A stretch of DNA of 64,000 nt from Bacteroidota bacterium (GTDB lineage Bacteria > Bacteroidota > Bacteroidia > AKYH767-A > OLB10). The stretch spans positions 186,117 to 250,116 of the forward strand of contig JADJOH010000008.1 of assembly GCA_016713925.1 (NCBI GenBank), in the 5' to 3' direction. The position numbers and the translations under genes were made by a program. This document shows positions 1 to 8,521 of the stretch, one piece after another (position 1 is the first letter of the stretch; each line of letters begins with the position of its first letter). Below the pieces are notes generated by a model. That model saw only the letters and a program-made list of their open reading frames with translations. It was not told the origin of the DNA and did no database searches.

Positions 1-1726
1 GACATGTAGAATCTGTACAACCGTTTGCGGTGGTAATAAATAAGCAAGCGGTCCAGTAACCGGAGCTCGGGAAGGTATGAACCGGATTTTGCCCTGTAGC
101 TGTTGTGCCATCACTGAAATACCAGGCCCATGAGGTTACATTTCCGCCGGTTGCAGAACCTATGAAGGTACCGGTACCATTGAATGACTGATAGGTAAAG
201 CTGGCATTGCAATTTGCGCTTCCTGTGATAGTAACGATATTACAAACTGTATCAATGCAGTTGTTATAAGTCACGATGGTAAGACAAACCGTATAGGTGC
301 CGGGAGAAGCATATACATGTGAAGGAAACTCTCCGGTACCGCTGGTTCCATCACCAAAATCCCAGGAATAGGATTGTATGCTTCCTGAACCAAGGTTATA
401 ACCGTAGAAATATCCGGTTCCATTGCTTTGCTGGTAAGAAAATCCTGCCTGACAACCTGTAGGAGGAAGATTTGAAACCGAATCACAATATGTATCGAAA
501 CAATTATTCGCAGAATCAATTACAGTAAGACAAACCAGGAAGGTGCCAATGGTATTGTATTGATGAATAGGATAAGGTTGTGTGGAAGAATTGCCATCAC
601 CGAAATTCCAGAAATAATAATAGTTGGGATTATAGGAAGTAGGTTGGAACCATGTCATTCCTGAACTGTCAATCGCAGTAAATCCTGCATTGCAATTACC
701 TGTTCCCTGAATAACAATTTGGGTACAGTACGTGTCATTGCAGTTACCTGAAGTATCACTCACTGTTAAGCAAACCGTATAAATTCCGGGTTGTGAAAAC
801 TGATGTGATGGACTGGTAAGCGTAGAAGTAGTTCCATCGCCAAAGTCCCAGAATACTTGTGGGGTAAGACCAGTTGAAGTATTGATGAATTGCACATTAT
901 TTCCCTGAATATTGGGAACGAAACCGGCCACCCAAGTGCCCGAACTGTTTATGGTGATCGAATCGCAATAGGTCGACTGGCAACCATTCAGACTATCAGA
1001 AATTGTTAAACAGGTCATCCAAATTCCCGGACCAAATGTATGTGTCGGATTTGAAGACGAAGAAAAGGTGCCATCTCCGAAATCCCAGAACATATTCGCG
1101 TAATTTCCGCTACTTGAATTGGTAAATGCTACGGTAGATCCTGATTGAAAGGTAAAGTTATAATCTGCAACACAAGGAGATCCGTTCTGTATAAAAACTC
1201 CTCCGCAATACGTGTCAGTACAACCGGTCCCTGTAGTAATTGTTAAACAAACTGTATAGGAGCCGGGTTGCTGAAAGGTGTGAATGGGATTTGCAAGAGT
1301 AGAGGTGTTCCCGTCATCAAAATTCCAGAAAAAAGTAGCATTCGCACCTACCGACAAATTGTCGAAATAGATCATATTGTTACTTAAATTATTTGGTGAA
1401 AAATAAGCCTGGCAACCGCTGGTATTGGCGATGACCAATGTGTCACACATATAGGACTGACATCCGTTAAGGCTATCCCAGATCGTTAAACATACACCGT
1501 AAATTCCGGGTGCATAAGTATGTGTTGGATTAGCAGCAGTGGAGGTGCTTCCATCCCCAAAGTACCAGCTTACATTTGCAAAGGTTCCTGTACTTGTATT
1601 CGTGAAAGCAACCGTTGTGGCGGTTTGCTGCGTCATTGTAAATGAAGCAGTGCATTGTGCCGAAGCATTTTGCCAAAAGCCGGATACCATCAGGGCAATC
1701 AGCAGGAGTAAATTTTTAGTTTTCAT
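1..1726 (-). CDS. PKD-repeat secreted protein (partial, runs off window start)
   Basis: Read manually; absent from the ORF track because it is open at the edge. ATG at 1726, signal peptide MKTKNLLLLIALMVSGFWQNASA-Q. Seven ~80-aa repeats with W-x-F-(G/D/S)-DG cores near 1560, 1320, 1080, 840, 600, 360 and 120, each followed by HT/VY...VCLTI. Confidence 0.9.
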   Translation of the reverse strand, partial: MKTKNLLLLIALMVSGFWQNASAQCTASFTMTQQTATTVAFTNTSTGTFANVSWYFGDGSTSTAANPTHTYAPGIYGVCLTIWDSLNGCQSYMCDTLVIANTSGCQAYFSPNNLSNNMIYFDNLSVGANATFFWNFDDGNTSTLANPIHTFQQPGSYTVCLTITTGTGCTDTYCGGVFIQNGSPCVADYNFTFQSGSTVAFTNSSSGNYANMFWDFGDGTFSSSSNPTHTFGPGIWMTCLTISDSLNGCQSTYCDSITINSSGTWVAGFVPNIQGNNVQFINTSTGLTPQVFWDFGDGTTSTLTSPSHQFSQPGIYTVCLTVSDTSGNCNDTYCTQIVIQGTGNCNAGFTAIDSSGMTWFQPTSYNPNYYYFWNFGDGNSSTQPYPIHQYNTIGTFLVCLTVIDSANNCFDTYCDSVSNLPPTGCQAGFSYQQSNGTGYFYGYNLGSGSIQSYSWDFGDGTSGTGEFPSHVYASPGTYTVCLTIVTYNNCIDTVCNIVTITGSANCNASFTYQSFNGTGTFIGSATGGNVTSWAWYFSDGTTATGQNPVHTFPSSGYWTACLFITTANGCTDSTC

Positions 1727-1757
1727 AATAAATGCGTGTTTTGGACTGTCAACGAAA

Positions 1758-1765
1758 CAAAAGTA
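1758..1765 (-). promoter_or_regulatory. Bacteroidota sigma-A -7 box (TACTTTTG) for the PKD gene
   Basis: Exact TAnnTTTG match 32 nt upstream of the ATG. Similar boxes: 7940-7947 (+), 26727-26734 (-), 38834-38841 (-), 50246-50253 (-), 53747-53754 (-), 61331-61338 (+). Confidence 0.65.
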
Positions 1766-1860
1766 CCGTTCTGTTACGTACCGGTAAAAGGCTTTTTAAT
1801 AAAATATTACGTGTTCAATTTTAGAAATTGTCGACTTCAATAGAAAACTTCTGATTTTAC

Positions 1861-1893
1861 CACGGAGATACAGAGGCACAGAGGTTCACGGAG
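1861..1893. repeat. CAC(G/A)GAG short-period intergenic repeat cluster
   Basis: cacggagatacagaggcacagaggttcacggag; a related cluster lies at 17120-17157, and both are preceded by ttttac. Confidence 0.6.
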
Positions 1894-1971
1894 ACATTAT
1901 TAAAGAATTTAATTTAAATATAACATTATCAAATATATATAGGTGATTCTTGAAGAAGTAGTTTGAAAAAA

Positions 1972-3447
1972 TCAGGTTTTTATGGATTTGGGGAGTTTGG
2001 AATTGACCCAGTTTCCGTAATCGATGATGACAGCATCTTCACGGGAATTATTACGTGTCCAGTCCACAAATGACTTCATCTTTTCGAGCAGTTTGGGTTC
2101 GTTTTTATAGTCTGCCGTATTGAGCATTTTACGGAGGATGTCCAGAATTTCCTTTTCTTCCCGATGGCTTTCCTGCAGTAGAAGATTTTTATATTCCTTT
2201 TTAAGGCGTGTCATCTTATATTCAATCACGTCGCTTTGTTGCAATTCATATCTGTTGAGCAATTCACCCACAGAAATCTTTAAGCGAAGGGAAGGATCCG
2301 CGCTCTTAAATCCGTCCAGCAAGGCTAATTTCCCGAAATGCCGGATCGCCTCCTTATACTGTTGCTGGTCGAAGTGGAGGACAGCCAGATTCAGGTACAC
2401 GAACCAATGGTAATAATCATTGGCCTTGATACGCGTCTGATCTTTCAAATCCTCCAGAATGGAGATGGCCTTTTCGGGTTCCAGCACGGAGTAATTTATC
2501 ACCAGTGCATTGTAATAAAAGAAAAAGTACTTATCGAACAAGAGCTGATTGAATTCATCCATCGCCGTTTTCAAACGTTCTGCCCATTGCAGACTTTGCC
2601 GCAACTTATCCGTCTTAAACAGGGTGTTTACAATATAAGTGAGCATCTGAAGTTTGGTATCATGATTGCCACGATTAAACAACTTGTCTTTTTCGAATTC
2701 CTTGTAGGTTTTGAGCAGGTACTGTTCGAGAGGTTTATACTCGTGGCGTTGCAGCAATACCTGACTAACGGCTCGGTAGATACGAAAACGGAGTAAAGGA
2801 CTGTTTTTAAGATCACGGTTCTTGATAAAATCATCAGTGGATTGCTTCAGCAGATCCAGGAGCGGGTTGGTGTCGTGAGAAAAATTTTGTGTGGTTTTCA
2901 GACGAAAGGTCACTACTGCCAGCAGGTCATCGATGGCACGGAGGTCTTCCAGTCGCCGCCGGTTTTCCTGCCGTTTTTCAATATAGACTTCCGGGTTGAT
3001 TTGTAAAGATTCATGCGAGAGGCGGATGTACTCCCCGTAAATAATATCCAGCAATTCATAGTTCTCGATGGACCCGGCACTGCGTTCAGCACGACGCAGG
3101 TAATAGCGCGATTCCTCGAGGAGATTGCGTCCGAAGAAATGCTTGTATAGGGCCAGCATTTGACTGGCATGTATAAAATCATCTTCCTCATAATGCAGTA
3201 CGGAAAGGGATTTATTTATATCGGAGAGCAAGCGGTTGCGCAATCGATACCAGACATTTTTAGACTCCACCGGATAGAGTTTTTGCAGAAAGAGTTCCTC
3301 CTGTTCCGGGCTTTTCTGAAGACGTAAAAAGTCGAAGAACCGAACATCCTTTCGATCGAAGGCTTGTTGTGTACGCGCGGCAAACAGCTTGTAAAAGCGA
3401 ACCTCTTCCTTGTTCAAGGATTTTACCAGTTTGGCTAAATGATCCAT
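1972..3447 (-). CDS. conserved hypothetical alpha-helical/TPR-like protein (491 aa)
   Basis: Long ORF with no signal peptide. N-terminus 'LVKSLNKEEVRFYKLFA' resembles a recurrent uncharacterised Bacteroidota family; helical repeat-like composition. Confidence 0.75.
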   Translation of the reverse strand: MDHLAKLVKSLNKEEVRFYKLFAARTQQAFDRKDVRFFDFLRLQKSPEQEELFLQKLYPVESKNVWYRLRNRLLSDINKSLSVLHYEEDDFIHASQMLALYKHFFGRNLLEESRYYLRRAERSAGSIENYELLDIIYGEYIRLSHESLQINPEVYIEKRQENRRRLEDLRAIDDLLAVVTFRLKTTQNFSHDTNPLLDLLKQSTDDFIKNRDLKNSPLLRFRIYRAVSQVLLQRHEYKPLEQYLLKTYKEFEKDKLFNRGNHDTKLQMLTYIVNTLFKTDKLRQSLQWAERLKTAMDEFNQLLFDKYFFFYYNALVINYSVLEPEKAISILEDLKDQTRIKANDYYHWFVYLNLAVLHFDQQQYKEAIRHFGKLALLDGFKSADPSLRLKISVGELLNRYELQQSDVIEYKMTRLKKEYKNLLLQESHREEKEILDILRKMLNTADYKNEPKLLEKMKSFVDWTRNNSREDAVIIDYGNWVNSKLPKSIKT

Positions 3448-3541
3448 CTTCCTTAGTTTGGACGCGTAAGATATTAAAAAAAATTGTTTTCACATACCAT
3501 ATCTTGTCCTTAGTTTTGATTTATACTTTACAAAACCAATT

Positions 3542-4225
3542 ATGAAACGTCTGCTGAATCTCATTTGCTTAGGGCTGATCCTACTGTCAGGACAGGTTAT
3601 GGCACAGCTTCCTCATTTGAGGGTGAGTGCACTTAACAACTGGCCGGATACAGTATATAACAATCAAAATGTGGCGGTCAGTGCCGTCGTGGAGAATATA
3701 GGCACCGCGGCATATCAGGGTCCGTTGCAAATCATCCTGCAAACAGATAGCGGGACGTTCTCCTATTTATATTTCAACCAAAGTACATCCGTTTTAATCT
3801 TACCGGGTGATACCATTGTCTTCTCCCCGCCTAACGGTTATATTTTCGACAGCACGGTTTTTCGTCCCGGAAATAATGTGGTGGTGGTTTGGCCGCATAG
3901 TGCACAAGCCATTCAGGTGGACACCTTCCTTGTGGATACCTATTTCATACAGAGCTTGTTCCAAGGAATTAATGACCCCAAGCCCATCCCCGGATTGAAA
4001 TTATTCCCTAACCCTGCGCATAATGAAGCGGTAATTACCAGTCCTGAAATTGGGCTTGAGGGCGTAAGAATTTTAAATAGCTTAGGCAAGGAAGTATGGT
4101 CCTTAAGAGGAGAAAATATGTACAGTATAGCACTTCCTGTAGACCAATTACCTGTAGGGTTATATATGATAGAAATTATCGGCAACGAAGGCCGGCGTTC
4201 CGGATATAGATTGTTGAGGCAGTAG
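3542..4225 (+). CDS. small T9SS type-A sorting domain protein (Ig/CARDB-like domain + CTD)
   Basis: Signal peptide ending AQ; 'VSAVVENIGTAAY' Ig-like strand; CTD 'LFPNPA...ILNSLGKEV...LPVGLYMIEI'. Confidence 0.85.
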   Translation: MKRLLNLICLGLILLSGQVMAQLPHLRVSALNNWPDTVYNNQNVAVSAVVENIGTAAYQGPLQIILQTDSGTFSYLYFNQSTSVLILPGDTIVFSPPNGYIFDSTVFRPGNNVVVVWPHSAQAIQVDTFLVDTYFIQSLFQGINDPKPIPGLKLFPNPAHNEAVITSPEIGLEGVRILNSLGKEVWSLRGENMYSIALPVDQLPVGLYMIEIIGNEGRRSGYRLLRQ

Positions 4226-4255
4226 TTAGGTTAGATTACTTTTCAGTTTTAAAAG

Positions 4256-4291
4256 AGCCGTGGACGCCCCACACAGAGGTGTTCCACGGCT
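4256..4291 (+). terminator. rho-independent terminator
   Basis: agccgtgga ... tccacggct stem followed by ttcttgtgttatttt, 30 nt after the stop codon. Confidence 0.7.
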
Positions 4292-4539
4292 TTCTTGTGT
4301 TATTTTATGAAATGTTTCGAATATTTCTTATTTTTCGGGGATAATGGATTGAAGAATTAACCCGGTTTGAGTAGATCATGCTGTTCAAACCAATAAATTT
4401 TGCAAAATGAATTTATTTTGAGTTCAGCCTTACGCTATTGAAATGATCCAACAATTATTATTTGAAGACTTAATATCCTTTTTGGAAATGATCAAAAATG
4501 CGATTGTTCAGATAGATCCATCATTCAATTCAACAACTC

Positions 4540-6204
4540 ATGAATACATTCCTTAGAAAAGTCAGGATTCCGGTATCACTGTTTTTGATTGCTGCAATTC
4601 TTAATTTAAGTATTGGTTGCAATTATTACAAAGTCCGGAGTATTGATGAACTAACGGCTTCCTTGAGCAAGGAAAAAATACAATCGTATCAAAAGCTGAA
4701 CAAGTACATTATATTGCATACAGCTGAAACGAATTATCATATTACGGATATCAGCATTGACAGTACGAACAATTTCATGAAAGCGAAATTGCTTCCATTG
4801 GCTCAGTATCATATGCTCTACAGTAGTCCCTCCTATGCAAAGGGTAGATATAAATCACGAAAAGAACGCCAGGTACTTGATGAAGTCCATTTGTTTATTC
4901 AAAACAATGTTAAAGCAAATGAAGATGGCGAGATTACCATACCACTTACCTCTCTGGTTCGTATGGATATCGTTCAACCGGATTATGGAAGAACTATCGC
5001 CAGCTATGTATTTGGTGCGATTGGAATTACAGTTGGCCTGCTGGCCATTATATCAGTAATTATTTTACTTACGAAATCTTCCTGTCCTTTTGTTTATGTT
5101 GATAACGGTAATGGATATACGTTTATCGGGGAGATGTATGGCGGTGCTATTTTCAAGCCCCTTCAGCGGGATGATTATATGCGGCTCTGTACCGGCTCTG
5201 ATACTACTGCCACTTTAAAAATTAAAATTGCAAACGAGCTGAAGGAAGTACAGTATACCGATCTGGCGCAATTGATTGTAGCCGAACGTGTGGATAATAA
5301 AGAAACAGTGATAGATTCGAAAGGTCACCTGTTTACGCTGGATCAGCCGGTCCTTCCCCGGAAAGCGATGTTGAATGAAAGGGAGAATGTTACCTCTTCC
5401 GTCACCTCCCTGGATAGTTCTTTCTGTCTGTTCAACGATGAATCTAAGGCGGACTTGCAGAATGATCTCCACTTGTCTTTTCGCGAAGCCGGATGCGGTT
5501 ACTTCCGGCAGACTGATACTAAAAGCAAAAAATTCATGGTGGCTTGATTTCGCCTTTACCAAGTTCACCGAATTGTTTGGAAGCTACTATCCCACGTTTG
5601 TAGAAAAGCAACGTGCCTCTTCCCGCGAAAAGTTAATGAAATGGTCTGCGGATAACGGCATTCCACTTTCCGTTTATATCAAGACAGGTACAACATGGGA
5701 ATTACTGGAGCAAATACCCACTTCCGGACCCATGGCCTTGCGCACATTTTGTGTCCCCTTGATTTGAAAACACATAAAGGGAATACGGTAGAGGTAAAAA
5801 TAAGTTGTGGATTCCTCAATTGGGAATTGGACGAGGTCTCAATGGATTATTCAGAGCAACAACCTGTGGTTTATCATCAATTGAATCCGGAAAGTGCCAT
5901 AGATCAGGATAATATAAATTGTACAAAGCAGTTGTTGAAAGCAGATCAGGACTATCTCGTACAACCACTGCCGGGACAGGAATGTGTACTCACCTATCAA
6001 TTGCCCGCGTTAAAGAAAGGAGCTCACTACGATGTGTATTTACACAGCAATGGCTACTACGAACATGTAAGAGAATATACCGGTATCCCTGATCGGAAGT
6101 TACTGGAATCTTTTAAAGCTCCGGCCGCATTCAATAAATTTATGCATCTATTGTATAAGCAAATGGAGGCCAATCACCATGAAAGCATTGCAAATGTCCG
6201 TTAA
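4540..6204 (+). CDS. hypothetical lipoprotein (~550 aa), split by two compensating homopolymer indels
   Basis: Lipobox SIG-C, internal TM helix then SCPFVY motif. ORFs 4540-5547, 5375-5767 and 5695-6204 join if a T is removed near 5480 (tctTTTcgcg) and a C is added near 5757 (gtCCCCtt). Confidence 0.75.
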
Positions 6205-7456
6205 CGAGCAACAAGAGTCGACCATGGTCATTGAAAAAAGCGAGCTGCAACAATCCGTTTCAGATGTTATAGCTGATAAAGTATCCACTGAGCCGTTCCG
6301 GATTCCATCAGGTCAACACCATGTACATGGCTGGAACCTTTTTCTGTTGAAAAGAAAATTCCGCCTTCAATTCGCAAAGATGGTACTGCAACGGTATGGT
6401 TTCAGCAGAAAGGCAGTTGCAGTCATACGCAACCTAAAAAAGAAGAACATACAAATACACGGACCAACGGCATTTAGAAAATGGGTCCATGCTTCAGGGA
6501 AAAACTATTTCTACCTGTATGCTGCCGGCTATCCATCAGCGTCTCTTCAACGCATGATGCAACAGGAGATGGACCGACTGGATCAACCGGACACACTGCA
6601 GTTGCGGTTTGCGTTTTTGGCGATCACAAAAAAATGTGCGCTACGCTGTGAGCATTGTTTTGAATGGGATAATATTAACCAGAAGGAAGTATTGTCGTAT
6701 GCGGATTTAAGAAATATTGTTTTGAAGTTAATCGATGCGGGAATAACGCAACTGCATCTGAGTGGAGGAGAGCCCTTACTCCGGGTAAAAGAGATCGTTC
6801 AACTGGCAAAGGAGTTTTCCTCTGTCCTTGATATCTGGGTCTTGACTTCCGGTTTTAATGGTACGGCTGAGAACATAGCACTTCTAAAAGAGTCCGGAGT
6901 GTGCGGTTTTGCTGTAAGTATTGATCATTATTTACCGGAAGAACATGATCGTTTCAGGAAACATTCAGGTTCTTTCGAACAAGCAACACAAACCATACAT
7001 TTTGCCCGCGCACTGGACATGCCGGTAGCTCTTTCGGTTTGTACAACGAGAGCATTCTGTACAGAGGAGCATCTGCATAACTATCTCGAATTAGCAAGAC
7101 AGCTAGATGTTTCCTTTGTTCAAATCCTGGAGCCCAAAGCTGTAGGAAATTATTCCGGAAAAGATGTGCTACTTCAAGAGCATCATATTCGCCAACTTGA
7201 ATCTTTTTACCTGAAGTACAACAGAGACGTACAGTATAAGAACTATCCCATCATCGTTTACCACGGCTATTATCAACGCAGAAGCGGATGCTTTACATCT
7301 GGCAACCGGGCATTATATATTGATACCAATGGCGAAGCAATGAGTTGCCCTTTCTGTCACTGTTCTTCCGGCAATTTGTTAAGAGAAGATGCCAAGACGA
7401 TCATCTCCAGGATGCGAATGAAAGGATGTTCTTCCTTTGGTACAAGTACTATTTGA
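6179..7456 (+). CDS. radical SAM protein with C-terminal twitch/SPASM-like Cys motif
   Basis: CxxxCxxC (KCALRCEHC), SGGEP motif, C-terminal 'GCFTSG...IDTNGEAMSCPFCHC'. True start may be 6194 or 6224. Confidence 0.9.
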   Translation: MKALQMSVNEQQESTMVIEKSELQQSVSDVIADKVSTEPFRIPSGQHHVHGWNLFLLKRKFRLQFAKMVLQRYGFSRKAVAVIRNLKKKNIQIHGPTAFRKWVHASGKNYFYLYAAGYPSASLQRMMQQEMDRLDQPDTLQLRFAFLAITKKCALRCEHCFEWDNINQKEVLSYADLRNIVLKLIDAGITQLHLSGGEPLLRVKEIVQLAKEFSSVLDIWVLTSGFNGTAENIALLKESGVCGFAVSIDHYLPEEHDRFRKHSGSFEQATQTIHFARALDMPVALSVCTTRAFCTEEHLHNYLELARQLDVSFVQILEPKAVGNYSGKDVLLQEHHIRQLESFYLKYNRDVQYKNYPIIVYHGYYQRRSGCFTSGNRALYIDTNGEAMSCPFCHCSSGNLLREDAKTIISRMRMKGCSSFGTSTI

Positions 7457-7468
7457 TTCGTTGACCAT

Positions 7469-7790
7469 TGATGATTTGATGATTTGATCGCGAAGCCTCG
7501 CGATTTGATGATTTGAAGATGGGATGATAGGCTATTCAATTTGGCGGGAGACAGGTTTGATCTCTATGTCGCGCGATGGACTATTTTGCGAAAGCTACGA
7601 AGTCCGAAGAGGTCGAAAGACTTATCTTAAGTTAATCATAATCATCCCTCCTTCGCTGACTTTGTGCGCCAAAGCTTTAGCGACGGAGCAAGCTTTGGCG
7701 CACACAGTAAGCGATGGCGTAAGCTACGGAGGGCAAGCATAATACATCGCTCCTTCGCTAAAGCTACGGCGGACAAGTCTGTGGCCAATC
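7469..7790. repeat. intergenic cluster of REP-like palindromes and 8-mer microsatellite
   Basis: GATGATTT repeats around an ATCGCGA/TCGCGAT hairpin (7469-7520); perfect 15-bp IR 7663-7677/7690-7704; several (G)CTAAAGCTACGG-type units. Confidence 0.75.
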
Positions 7791-7970
7791 AAGTTTGGAT
7801 GCAACTGTCAATTTGTTATTACTGTTGGGTTCTATGAAAATCGGGATTTGAACTCCAAAACCAATCCGAAAACCGCTGATTTATCATTTATCCTTTAAAA
7901 CTTAACATTAAAAATATTTTGTTATTCGAAATTTAATTCTACTTTTGATTCAATCTAAACTTTATTACCC

Positions 7971-8372
7971 ATGAAAACTCAACACTTTCACCATGGTCTT
8001 TTAACAGTATTTCTCTCGGCAACGACACTCCTTTTACAGGGACAAACACCTTCTGATGCGTATGTGCTGATTTCACCTGATACCGGTAATAATGTAAAAG
8101 GTTTCATGCATATCACTTTACCGGATACCAATAACATTGCAGCCATAGAAGTAAAGTTAGGCAGTACCGATGGTGGCCACGACTTGGCGAATTATACTTT
8201 TAGTTATGATGTTACCGGATCATTGCCTGCGGGATATGTATGGATGAGAGATGGTTTTAAATTGATTCTTTCGCTTGGCTCTTATCCTGTCAGCGATCTT
8301 CAGTTTGGACGTGTGCGTTTGCAAAGGAGTGATGGTGGATGGGGGGATGAGTTTGCCTTTGTTAGGAATTGA
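7971..8372 (+). CDS. small secreted hypothetical protein
   Basis: Signal peptide ending LLQG-Q, -7 box at 7940-7947, beta-rich 133 aa. Confidence 0.75.
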   Translation: MKTQHFHHGLLTVFLSATTLLLQGQTPSDAYVLISPDTGNNVKGFMHITLPDTNNIAAIEVKLGSTDGGHDLANYTFSYDVTGSLPAGYVWMRDGFKLILSLGSYPVSDLQFGRVRLQRSDGGWGDEFAFVRN

Positions 8373-8521
8373 GTTAATGCCTTCCCAAGACGTGAGATGG
8401 GTTTCAGGAAATTGAATAGTTGGCCGGCTCTCAATGGAGGTCGTCAGTTGATTATCATCATTAGTTTGTAATTGTATGTTCTAATACGTAATTGATATCA
8501 CCCATCAAAAACATTTAACCC

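Noticed and set aside
4226-7970. RiPP precursor peptide for the radical SAM enzyme
   Set aside because: No convincing short ORF with leader/core features was found in either flanking gap; ORF 7524-7742 is repeat-derived.
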